From: Orbicella franksi
Taxonomy: Eukaryota
NCBI GenBank assembly: GCA_964199315.1
Contig: OZ116711.1
Location: forward strand, 22,878,001-22,942,000
DNA: 64,000 nt
Direction of reading: 5' to 3'
How positions within the stretch are numbered: position 1 is the stretch's first letter; the number at the start of each line of letters is the position of its first letter. A model generated the notes under the pieces. That model did no database searches, was not told the DNA's origin, and saw only the letters and a list, made by a program, of their open reading frames with translations. The position numbers were made by a program, and so were the translations under genes. Of this stretch, positions 1 through 11,100 are shown in pieces.

Positions 1-134
1 TGAACTGCACTGCTCTTAGCCAATCAGAATCGAGTAATTTTTTCATGTGTATTATTATTAAATAAAATTCCTCTCCTCCTGAGATATCAAAAAAAAATAT
101 TATCATGTCAGAGAGTTGACACAAAGTAATTTAC

Positions 135-390
135 CCGGCTGTACTCCAACGTGTCTGCGAGACAATTCTTCTCAAAAGTTGTAATGTCTGAAATGCTACA
201 TCATAAGAGCCGTGCAGTTGTCTGGAAAAAAGCGAAAGACAAATTCAGATCAACGTACAAGGCCGGTCTCAGTGTAATTTTCCAAGTAACTTCTGCGATG
301 GTGGTGTAACTGTACTTACCCTTGTTTGAGATAAGAAACAAAACTTCCAATTCTCTCGTGCAAATCGTCTTCTTTGGACTCAGGGGGCAT
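135..390 (-). CDS. EIF2B2: Translation initiation factor eIF2B subunit beta, first two coding exons (partial; gene continues beyond position 1)
   Basis: Exon 1 is 390-320 (ATG...CAAGG|GTAAGT) and exon 2 is 221-135 (ttttttccag|A...GCCGG|GTAAAT), with compatible phases. The spliced peptide MPPESKEDDLHERIGSFVSYLKQGQLHGSYDVAFQTLQLLRRIVSQTRWSTAG matches the N-terminus of human EIF2B2 as recalled ([55 protein letters not shown]). The ORF-track entry 201..440 is a different, spurious frame. Confidence 0.9.
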
Positions 391-564
391 TTTATCAAAG
401 AATCACAATCAACAGCTGAGACTTTTTTAACCGTTGACAAAACCTCAAAACAAAGCTTCGAAACTGAGCCTCGTGGTTCAGCGGAGTGTTATAGAAACTG
501 ATGCCTGCGCACAATTTCATTAACGTTCAAACTTGTCTTTATCGCGGGCTTATATCAAACCAAT
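391..564. promoter_or_regulatory. Putative compact bidirectional promoter shared by EIF2B2 and DCAF15
   Basis: Only 174 bp separate the two divergent ATGs (390 on minus, 565 on plus). CCAAT lies at 560-564, and a YY1-like CAATATGGCGG (561-571) overlaps the DCAF15 start codon. Confidence 0.65.
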
Positions 565-3500
565 ATGGCGGGTATTACGAAAGCAACGAAACACAGCGTT
601 GTAGCAAAACTCGCTCTGCGGGAAGTAAGTAATATCTTCATGTGATAAAATTCTGTTTGTTTATATAATTAACCATGCTTTATTATTTGAAAGACAAGAG
701 GGTCTTTGCAGCTGCATTCTCGTGGAAACCGAGCACGCCTTTTCAAGAAATGTCCGCAGCGGTTTTGCGTTCCATTGGAGAGTATATTAGATGTTGATGG
801 TGTCCTGAGAAGAGGGTAACACCTTGTACAATTGAATATTTATTTACTAGTTAGATAGTAAGTTTTTCTTTGCTGCCATGTCAGTAGCCAATAATTTCCA
901 GCGCAGCACATCCCGTGTCGCTTCAGCTGGTTTCAGTTGGTTAGGGTAAGAAATTAAAGGGCGATTTTAACTTTTGTATCTTAGCTTTATAGTAGTAAGG
1001 ACAAAAATGTATGCGTGTTTCACTTTGATTAAGCTTAGCACATATAATATAATACCCTTGCTTATAGATCTAGATAGAGACAAGTTCATGATTCTTGTAG
1101 TCACCGACAGCTTAACAAATTTTACTGGTTGTGGTATAGTATAGATTGCAAACAGCATTTCAAACCAACCATTTCAGTGTTGAGTTTCAATTTAACTCAT
1201 TGACTCCCGTGCCACCCGTAACCGCCAATGACGAGCCTTGGCCTTTGTTCCACTTCTGACGTCATCACCTTTGACCAAACTGGACATCGTCTATGCTCAA
1301 CTTCTGCAGGAGGAAAAGATCTTTCCATTGTACCCAGAGCAGAGTGATCAGCTCAATGGAGCCTGAAATATGCACAAAAATGCTCAAAAAGTTGAGTGAA
1401 AAACTCAGAGCAAAATTTCGTGCGACTACACGTGGCTACTCCATTGTAAAAATTGCCCGTCTTGATGATGCTTTCTCAGAATTTTTTGAACTGGAAGCAA
1501 GCCCAGTAGAAGGTCAATCACTGCAGCAAAAAGGAAAGAAAAGGAAAAAAAAGAAAGGCGAAAAAAAAATTAAAAAATCGAAAAACCTAAAGACATAGCT
1601 CGCTATCTCAAAATTTTGATTTCTCTACATGCCCAATCAAAAATGTTGTAAAACACGATGCTAGTGGAAAGAAAGGCATGCTGTCATGTTGCAAATGCCT
1701 TTTTGAATAGATTGGAGCTACTTTGGCCCGTATCCAGCCTGAAAATCTCCAAAATGTCCAAAAAATGCGTCAATGGGTTAAAGAACTTCATAATATTCAC
1801 ATGATGTGGAAAAAATTAGCATGCGTCTTCTCTCCAGAGGCCACAGTCCTTTTCAGGGTTGCCATGATCAGGGAAGGGGCAGGGAAAATGAAATTTTATT
1901 CAAGGTCAGGGAAAAGTCAGGGAGTTTTTTATCAGGTCAGGGAGTTACTAGTAAATCCCTGTTCAAAGTCAGTGAAAAGTGAGGGAATTTTATCTTAAAG
2001 TTGCGGCAAATTATTTTATTAGATGTTTTTGTATAGATAAGGCAATTTTGTTTTAAAAATTGTCTGAGCCATCCTTATTTTTGTTGATTCATGGCCAGAA
2101 TAGTCATCCTGCAGGGTCAGTGAAAATTGCTTTACAGTGAGTGAAAAGTCAGGGATTTTTTTTGTTCTGGTGGGTGGCAACCCTGCTTTTGATCCATACC
2201 AAGTCTTGGAAGAAGAGCAATCTCTGCCCAGTCCCAATACCACTCCAATCTGATTGGATTACAACACAATATGAGTACTCTGCATGCTCGGCAGAACTGG
2301 CCAGAGGGCATTATTCTTGGTGCTGCTGACCTAAAAAGGTCATGGGGTCTTCGAAAAGGAATAGCAATAAAGGCAGATATATGTTTGGTTGCTTAGCCTA
2401 TAACATTCTGTTGTATTTCGTAGACATGTTATTTTGGGTTTTACCAAGAATGGCAGATACCTGATATCATACTGCCTTAAAATTGAAAACGATGACAGCT
2501 GTCCAATGCCTCGCTATGTTTACTCTCTTCATTGGTGGGAGTTTCATCAATGGAGGCCATTAGTTCAGGTTTGTAATGCGTAGTTTACTCTGTATCTTTG
2601 TGAGACTATAACATTGAAAATTTTGGGCTAAAAGAGAAGCTCAGATGGCTTAGAGCAGAGTGTTCAATATTTACCAAAGCATTCCCACAAGTTTTCAGCA
2701 AAATCTAGCACAGAGAAGTGGCATATTATAAGACTGAGTAAGGTCGGTCTGGATGAGAAAAACATTGTACGGGTTCCTTCATTTATAGTGAATTGATCAA
2801 GTACACAATTATATGACCTTTGGGAATATTTTCCTGACTGGTTTCTTCACTAAGTTCATAGATAGAAAGTGTGTTTTGACAAGTACAAAGTCAAAATCAA
2901 TGCTGAGCTCTAATGTAGGAAAAGGGCTTCCCTCTCATTGCTGAAATTTTGAATGTGAAGCCCAAAAGTTCCAAAAATATCATCCTTCCCCTCCCCATGG
3001 TTTAAGGCAATAAAGCAAAACAATGCCTATCTTCACTCCCCTCCCCCACCCCACACTTTCAAGCAAAAAGGGACCATTTTCAGCCCCTCCACCCTACCTC
3101 CACATGAAGTGAGCAAGACAGTAAGTTGTGGTGTAATTTGAATTGTCAGTCCCATAGCAGTTTTAACTGATGTTTGAATGAAATTTGTCTTTATAAGGTG
3201 TTTGCTGTTGCATTGTTTGATGAAGAAGAGATACACGAAGATCTGCATTTATTGATTGCCGAGAGCCCAGATGAGTCACAGACAGTGGTCTATGGTGAAG
3301 TGTACGAAAAATTCGCTGTTATCTCTGATGTCTGCAGTGCTTGTACACAACTGTACATTCATGTGCCATTTTTAGTAGAATAAATTTCTGATGGGTTCAG
3401 GAGCCCAGATGCAAGCTCAAAAAATGTTCAAAAATGTTGCTTAAAGTGGTCAAAATTATGCGCTTGGCTACACCTACATGTAGTCTTGGGACACTTTGTA

Positions 3501-6398
3501 CTTTTGCCAACATATGGTCTTTCTGTCCTCCTTGCCTTCCCCACCCCAACACAATTGTGATATTGATTCAGCAGACCTACTATTCCAACATTGTTTTGGG
3601 GAGGGGAGAGGGGTTTCAGCAAATTAAATAATGACTTCCCACTTCAAAATAACATGTCACCAGTTGGCATTTTGTCAAGTGTCCCAAGGAGTTTTGGCCA
3701 GGATTGTCGTTCACACGCATGCCACTTAAACTGAAAGAAACAAATATATCAACTTTACATAATAGGCCTAAAAATCCCAACTGGCAGAAGGCAGACTAGT
3801 TGACTATTCACAAGCACGACTGAGAAGTTGAACTAGGGTCTACTGAGAAACAACCCCAGCTGAGTGGTCAGAGCAGAACTTGAACCTGTGACCTCTGGAT
3901 TTCAAGTCTGGCGCCCTAACCACTCAACTGCACTGCTGCCACATTTTCTGACCATTCTCACCATTTTGGATTCTTTCTTACTCTAGGGAGTAATTCATAT
4001 CTCATGTTATATTTTGTTCTCACAGACGTTCTGTAAAAGAAGACCACAGCCATCAGTGTTATGTCACGGTTTGTGCCGCCCCCTCACCACACCCATGTCC
4101 CCTTTGCAAGTACACAGCCCTTGGTGGAATAACAGAGAGGTGTTTGAAACACTCTTTTGTGGTACATTTTAAGTATGACCTTTTGCCTCCTTTTCCAATA
4201 TTTAACCCCTCAACAAATCTGAAAATGGATGATACAGTTCTCTTCAATACTGGGGACGTCCTGATGGCATTAAGGATCTTAACCATTGAGAACACAAACA
4301 ACAAGTTTTCTGAAGTTCTCAAGAGTTTATATCCAGATACAGAAGACAAGGCATCAAAGAAGTCTTGCTGCTTTGTTGACAACAAACAGGATTCAGGTGG
4401 TGTGACTGGTAAAGGTGACATTCCATGTCAGTGTGCTGCCATAGGAGTTTTAGAAAAACCTGCATTATCTCCTGAAAGGATTGATGTCAAATCTAGTGGA
4501 AAGGTTGGTGGCATTGCCAGCTCTGAAGCTGATGCCAACCAAGACTCCAGCTTAGGCAACAAAGCTAAGAGTATGCAGTCTGCATGCTCCTTGCACAAAC
4601 ATGCTGATCGTCACACAATTATCTCAGGCTTTGTTGATGTCCTTAACCAAATCCGTGGAGAACAGTGGCATGGAAAAATTAATGTAAACAAAGAAGAGTG
4701 TCTTCCACCTGCTATGAATACTGGAAGCCAAAGAGAATGCCGAGATTCCACAGGAAATCACGATTGCAACTCAACTAAGGAATGTGATGAAAGAGGAAAT
4801 TTGGAAAAGTTTGATGTCAATATTGATCATCACCCTTCTGACTTAGTTCAAACCTCCAAAAGTGCATTGAATTCTTGCAGTGATCTGCATAATGCAGGAA
4901 ATAGTGCACACATTAATGTCTCTGAAGATGACCCCAACATTCTTCAAATTGGTGCAGAGCAATCAGCTCGTAACAAGTTTCAAGAATCTGACCACAGTAG
5001 ATGTGATTTGGATTTCCCTGACAAGGTGTCACATATTTGTAGCTCTTGTGGCTGCGCTGTATCTGGGCCGGTTTTAAACAACAACAACTTGACTTCGTCA
5101 GTTTTCAAGGTCTACATAGAAAGCAGCAATGATCCTGACTACCATGAGCTCCCTGATCTAACAGGTGAATTTGACATGTTTGATGGATCCCTGCCACTCA
5201 CTGTAAAAACATGCCATGGCAGCAGCCTGAAGCAAGTTTTCAAACTTAACGAAAGCAACCCCAATACATCCGCAAACTCATGCCTTGAAGAAACTCTTGG
5301 AAGTAAAATGCTACATGCATTAGCTGTTCAGCAAGTTACACTTGATTTAGAGCAGTGTATCAATGAGTTGATTCTAGCGCATGCAGGTCTCCAGCACAGC
5401 TACAAGTCACTTAAAGACTATGATGTTCAAGTAGTGGGTGTGTGTCCAGACAGTGGTGAAGTTATCACCATGGCCAGACTTCTGGTCTACACTCGTACCA
5501 GGCAGCCGTCTGAAAGCTTTGGCTTACCTGTTAGTCCGAGGTTTGTAATCATGATGTTTGCTTTATTTTGGTTTTATACTTGCTGTTTTTCTGTTTCTTT
5601 GTTTCTTTGTTTCTCTTTATGTCTTATGCTACAGCACAGGCAGAGAAAACTGTACCAAAATGGACGCGGAAAGCGCGTTGGCAACAAACGCGTTGACGCG
5701 TTAGCGTTTTTCAAACGTTGCGCCAAAAATGCATATGGTCTTTATATCATTATTTTGTACAAACTACAATGTTGAACAAAAGTCTTTGGGACACTTACGT
5801 AATGCAACGAATTATCTGTTTTACAAATGAAGTTTGAAAAACCACTGTTATCCTTTCAAAAGCACGTTGCTGCCCCCCCTCCCCCTTCCCCACCCAATAC
5901 AATGTTGAAACTCAGAAGAAAATGCAGGTACGCGTTTTCAACTTTGTATATTGGTGGTGGGAGAGGTTAGGCAGGTGAAGTTGTATTCACGTCTGGCATG
6001 TGTTCAAAAGCGTCAAAAGTGCAAGACTTTTGTCCATGATTGTTGCTCAAACTCGCTGCATTTAAAGTTTAAATTGTGTCTTGATAACATAACAGTGTGA
6101 TTTTTCTCCTTTTCATTTCAGCCCAGTTTTGCAGTGTACAGGGTTCATATTTTCCTGGCATGTCCGGAGTGGCCTGGTGAGAATTCTTCAAGTTCTGGAT
6201 TTGGAAAACTATCCTGAGCGAACTCGTTACTCCAAGTTTAACATGGCTGCTAAAGAAGCCAGTCAACTCCGTGCCAAATTTTCCATTCCCCAAAGTATTT
6301 CTTCATTTGTACAGGCGTTTTCTAATCACACTGTTTTCACTGGAAAATCACTGAAATACCTAAGGCATCCATTTCTGCCACTTGTTATAGTTCTGTAA
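565..6398 (+). CDS. DCAF15: DDB1- and CUL4-associated factor 15 orthologue (CRL4 substrate receptor), 6 coding exons, about 740 aa
   Basis: Exons are 565-624, 694-815, 2424-2568, 3198-3301, 4026-5540 and 6122-6398 (2223 nt, all GT-AG, phases consistent; the exon-4 donor at 3302 is the least certain). Motifs match human DCAF15 as recalled: GHVILGFTKNGRYLISY (GHIFLGFSKCGRYVLSY), YSLHWWEF (YHLYWWEF), LFDEEEIHEDLHL (LFQDEEIYSDLYL), CLKHSFVVHFKYDLLPPFPIFNP ([23 protein letters not shown]), VQQVTLDLEQCINE (VEQLTLDFEYVINE), DYDVQVVGVCP (DYDIVILEVCP), and C-terminal IVL*. Confidence 0.92.
1196..1777. mobile_element. Non-autonomous piggyBac-like DNA transposon (582 bp) in DCAF15 intron 2
   Basis: Flanked by TTAA at 1192-1195 and 1778-1781. 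Terminal inverted repeats CTCATTGAC / GTCAATGGG match at 8/9. No transposase ORF. Confidence 0.7.
1854..2185. mobile_element. Non-autonomous hAT-like MITE (332 bp) with 5-bp TSD in DCAF15 intron 2
   Basis: Perfect 11-bp TIR CAGGGTTGCCA (1854-1864) / TGGCAACCCTG (2175-2185). Direct repeat CTTTT on both flanks (1849-1853, 2186-2190). Internal repeated (g)tcaggga(a) motifs. Confidence 0.75.
3761..3940 (-). mobile_element. tRNA-derived SINE in DCAF15 intron 4
   Basis: The minus strand starts GGCAGCAGTGCAGTTGAGTGGTTAGGGCGCCAGACTTGAAATCCAGAGGTCACAGGTTCAAGTTC, which has A-box and B-box-like Pol III motifs. It is followed by a non-tRNA body; there is no proper acceptor stem, so it is not a tRNA gene. 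Confidence 0.7.
5767..6042. mobile_element. Tc1/mariner-like MITE in DCAF15 intron 5 (same family as 48136-48393 and 53901-54176, opposite orientation)
   Basis: Ends are TA|CAATGTTGAACAAAAGTC ... GACTTTTGTCCATGATTG. Internal sequence is the reverse-complement homologue of the copies in the duplication. Confidence 0.6.
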
Positions 6399-8154
6399 AA
6401 CCTTTGTATCCTATACTGCTTTGCATGTGTTTCACTTGAGATGACGAGGATCGTGTTTCTCATCAACTGCCCAGTTGAATTGGCTATAAAAGGGCTATGA
6501 GAAATTACTAGTTGATCTACACACCAAATATGATTTAAAATTGACAATAAACATGTTTGAAATAGGATCTTATATATTTTGTTTCGATTTCATTTTATAC
6601 GAGTGGTGGTGTAAACCGCATATTTAGTGACTGACTATTTGTACTTGAGGGGGGCTGGGGAAGGTGTATGGGCAGTTAATCAAAAAAATATCATACGGTG
6701 AATTGAAAACTGGGTTGCTGGCTCTAAAGTGAGGGCTACAAAAAGTAGAAGGGCAGAAAAATATGTTAAACAAAAGCCGAAAGGAACGACATTTCGAGAG
6801 AGCCATGTTGAAAATTCTTGCACGACTTAACGGTCAACGAACGAAATCTGACAACAATTCGCATTGAAAGTACGGACCAATTTCGCGCGAAAAAGGCCAA
6901 CCTGATTTCTGGGAATAGCGTAATCAAACGTTAAACAAGATAATTTCAGAGTCAGACCTACAGATTTCTTCTCAAGTTACTTTATTTGGCTTTGTATATG
7001 TTCAAACAAAACATGACCTAACACATATCGTAGGTGCTACGTACAATCTTCCCTCTGGAAATTCCTTGTTTATAATTAAATATCATATACATGAAGTGGT
7101 AAACTGTTTGAAACCACTGCGGGGTTAGGTTTTGTCACTAATCACTGAAGCTTTGGAAGTTTCTGACAAGTCATTCTCCTCTTCTGCACAGTGTTTGACA
7201 AAAGCCTAATCCTTTGGACGCTTAATTAGAAAGAAGATGAGATGTCCACAGTTCTACATAAAGCAGTAAACTGTTAAGCAGGCTTTAGTTCAGTTATTAC
7301 TGATTGTGAAGGTTTGGAATCTCGCATTCTCACTCGCTGAGAATCTAAATCCTAAAGCCTTGTTAACAAAAAAAGGGAAAGTGTTTATCTCATTTTCAAT
7401 TTACAACTTTAAAAAGAACTTCAATAAAAATCAGCTAAGCTTATCAGCTAATTTCCTCTTCGGTGAGGAGAGTTAGGACTGAGTTCTAATTTAAAACCGA
7501 AGAATAAGCAAGGGCCGCAACACATTTGGCTCCCTTTAGTTAATGTCAATAATTTCGAATACCAATTTGATTAATTTTTGGGCCTGCTTTATAATGTCAA
7601 CCTTTTAGCTGATCAATTCAAATTGCAGAAACTCCTCTTTCTGATAACAATGCCTTACAGTATCCCTTAGTACATTCAAATTCATGATATTTGTAACTAT
7701 CCGAAGAACTAAGAACTTGAATGTCTAAACTACACATGATACTCGTACATTTAGCACCAACATAATTGTCAGCATAATTGGTTTCCCTCTACAAACCATT
7801 CTGCCCTAAAGTGTAGTACAGTTAAAATTTGCCTTGAAGTTTTTTTCTTAACATTGTATGGCTTGATAGAAACGAATAGGAAGATTTTTCCCTCACAACT
7901 AAGGTTAGCAAAATGACCTCAAGTTTTCGTAGCTGCGACACTTTCGCTCGTTTAGTTATAAAGTAACATCGGGAGATTATTCCAAACTTTACACGACTGA
8001 AAAAGCGATTTACTTTACATCTAAACCTATTGTTGTTCTCGACCATTTATTGGCCACTATCAGTAGCTACGGATCGTAGGATCTTTAATTTACACATCAT
8101 GAAACATTGATTCCTGTCAGAAACTGTTTGTCATAATGCACGCCATTGTCAATA

Positions 8155-11100
8155 CTACTGCCTGGGCCTGTTGTCAGGGTGACGGGATTTTGATTTGGAC
8201 TGGGGCTGGGTCTTTTGGTACCAGTCCATCGCGTACTTTGCGATCTCTGAGGATAATTTCACGAATTCGTTAAAATCCATCCTTAGCCCGTCAAGCCTCT
8301 GTCTTTGTCCAAATATTGTGACTTCTAAAACAGTGTCCAAATAAAGCTGCTCCAGGTTGGCCGAAGTAACATTTGTCTTGAACGAAATCGCGTGAATTTG
8401 AAACAAATCGCTGTACATAAACTGCTCGGCTTGCTTGACCCATCGCAACCCTCGCTCCAGCTCTCTCTGAGAATTGGCTGCAGCCTCGTGAGCTGCGCAT
8501 GTCTTGTTCAGTTTTGAACTGATAAATCTGCAAACATTGTGGGGTGCGGTCTCGGTTGCCAGGCAACGGTCCAGAACAAGCTGGTGACAGATGTCCATGG
8601 TCGATCTCGTTCGTTTTGTATCTCGTTTCCTTTCAGAAGTGTTTGTGGATGGTTTTAGCGCCCTGTCTGTGTCAAAGTTTGAGAGAGAACTTGCACACGC
8701 TCCATGGCTCATGCAGCTAGAACATTCACGTTTGATCGTTTTCACGCATTCTCTTCTGAGACGCTGGACTTCTCCCTTGGCTGATTTCAGCTTTGACATT
8801 TCCGACTCTAGCATAAACACCACTTGCTTTGAGGCGAGACGAGTTAACTGTGGAAAGATTGAATCAGCACTTTAACACTTTGCACGCGCAAGAAAATGAG
8901 ATCAGTTTCGTACTCTCGGTATTGGACTGGTACTAGCTTGCAATGGAGGTTAATGCGGGCAATCTGTTTAAATGCAAATCACATGACGCTGTTTTTAATG
9001 ATATTCCGGCGCACGGTCTATTGATAACATATGTATCAAAGTTAGTTTTAAACGTCACTATAAAGTCAATCTTCCAAACAGGACTGCTTATTTGCACCCT
9101 ACTGAGCAAACCTCGCTCACACAAGAACTGTTCTTGTTGGACCAAACGATGGTCTAGAATTTTACAATCGCTTTTCTTTTTATTTAACCTTATTTTTGTA
9201 TGTAATTACGTGATTTCGCAGTACATGCAGTTTGGAACTAGTAAATAAGCATAAGTAAAGTTTTTAAAGACTAACACAAGGGATGCGAGCGCATTTTTCC
9301 AGTCTGAAAAGATGAAAATAAAATTGCTTTACTTTGGCAAATGTGAATTTAAATTGCTTGATTCTCGCGAAGGGGTACTTGCAAAACGAAATCCTAAAAC
9401 AGTCTTTGAAAGAAACGATTGAAAATGGAGCTTAATGAAGGAATGACTTCTTACCTTAGATAAACCATTGTCAAAGACAACCGTAGCATTGAATTGAGTC
9501 TCATTTCGATCCGAGCTGTAATTTGTGGTCACGTGAACATTGATTTTGAATGACTTGTTCACTTCAGTTGTTAGATACATTTGCAGAGAATCACTGGTGA
9601 CGAGCATGCGCACTTCCTTGAATATTCCAAACAGCCGAGCGTAACCGTCGACCTGAAAAAGAACAAAAAAACTTGAGGAGAACATTCCAAAATTTTGGTG
9701 AAAGGAGATACTCAAAGTTTTTCACATGGTCCTTTCAGTCTCAAGTTATGAATTTTCCTTGCTGACTATCGATCGTCTGTCAGTGTTAATGGGAATTTCA
9801 CTCCTACCCTTCACATATCGTTCTAGCCCTTTCATGAGAACATACGAACTCTCAATTAACTCTCAATTACCCTGCTCAGAGTGCATAATTATGCGGCCTC
9901 ATGGTAATGAACTCAAACCTTGCAAAACCTGTGATGTCTACTTTCCATTAAGCACGACTCCGATGATAATTTCATCTCTTCACCTTATATCTGCAGTTTA
10001 TACATCCCTGGAAAACATTTTTCTTTACCTTCACAAATGGGACTGGATCCATTCGAGCCTGCAGGAATACCTTGGGTGTCTCTTCAGGATCAGAACTTGG
10101 CAAAAACAACGGTGTGACGTCATCAAGGGTCGCCGGAGTCTCGTCTGACATGACTTTTGCATCAATCAGAAACTGAAAATGGAAGAAAAGAAACTATCTA
10201 TTTACCAAAAGTCATTTCTAAATGAAGAGCTCGACTCAGAAGCTGAGGCGTAAGACGCGCAAGAACAAACATGCGTGTAGTCCTCCCGCACGCACACGCA
10301 CGCAATCAAAACTAGCGCCTCAAAACTACTTCAATTTGAAAATTTTCACGTTCTGTGGAACAAACCTCTCTCGGTAGCAGTGAAATTGCACCAGTGGTTT
10401 CAATTCCCAAGACACTCATCTTGCCCTCTAATATGAAGCCCGGTTTAAGGTTTGGTCCGCCAAGAGAACGAAGGTCGTGTGCTCCTTTGGCGACAGAGAT
10501 CTAATGCAGAGGGGGAAAGTCAATCAAAAGTACGTTTATAAAATTGTACACTGCATGGTATAGAGGAGGGTCGCACAGCGACCCACATAACGTCTTCTTC
10601 ACCTAGAATAGTTATGCTACACCATGCTTGGAAGCAATTTTTTAGATATAATATCCCCAGTTACAGACTCGCTGATTTACCTGAAGGCCTTCAGGAAATC
10701 CTACGGTTGCCATAGCACCAGGCAGCTTGTGTTTAATGTTGCACACTTCAAGCAGCTTTTGTAAACTGACAGGAGCCAGCGAGCCATAGAAGAAATGGTC
10801 AGCGGACTCATCTGAGAAACCCAAGTACAGATGCCCAGTGACACAATTTTTCTGTAAAAAGATACAATGTAATTCAAATCAATGCGCAAAGAAAAGGTAC
10901 AAAGAGTTTCGCTGCCTTGACTGGGAAATTTTTCGTTGTTTTTTTCTTGTTAGCTTTGTACAAACCTTAATGGAGTTGTTTTCCCCACTAGGAGTTGCGT
11001 TGCAACCAGAACCCAACTTAAGGTCAGCTTCCCCTCTTATACTGCTCTTTTGTGATTGGTCAGTGGGCAGGGATAACCTAACAGAAAAAAGAAAAATCAT

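Noticed and set aside
201-440. 79-aa minus-strand ORF
   Set aside because: It is an alternative frame across EIF2B2 exon 1, intron 1 and exon 2. The spliced EIF2B2 reading explains the region.
1293-1598. 101-aa Lys-rich ORF
   Set aside because: It lies wholly inside the TTAA-flanked non-autonomous element in a DCAF15 intron. The Lys run comes from an A-rich tract, and there are no transposase motifs.
3761-3940. tRNA gene
   Set aside because: It has A/B-box-like motifs but no complete cloverleaf and continues into a repeat body, so it was called a SINE.
5541-5775. Hydrophobic C-terminal tail of ORF 4144..5775 that looks like a TM helix
   Set aside because: It is intron read-through after the AG|GTTTGT donor at 5541. 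The real DCAF15 C-terminus is exon 6122-6398.
6624-6806. 60-aa ORF with a good AACATGGCT start context
   Set aside because: No recognisable homology or downstream exons. It sits in repeat-like DNA between two convergent 3' ends.
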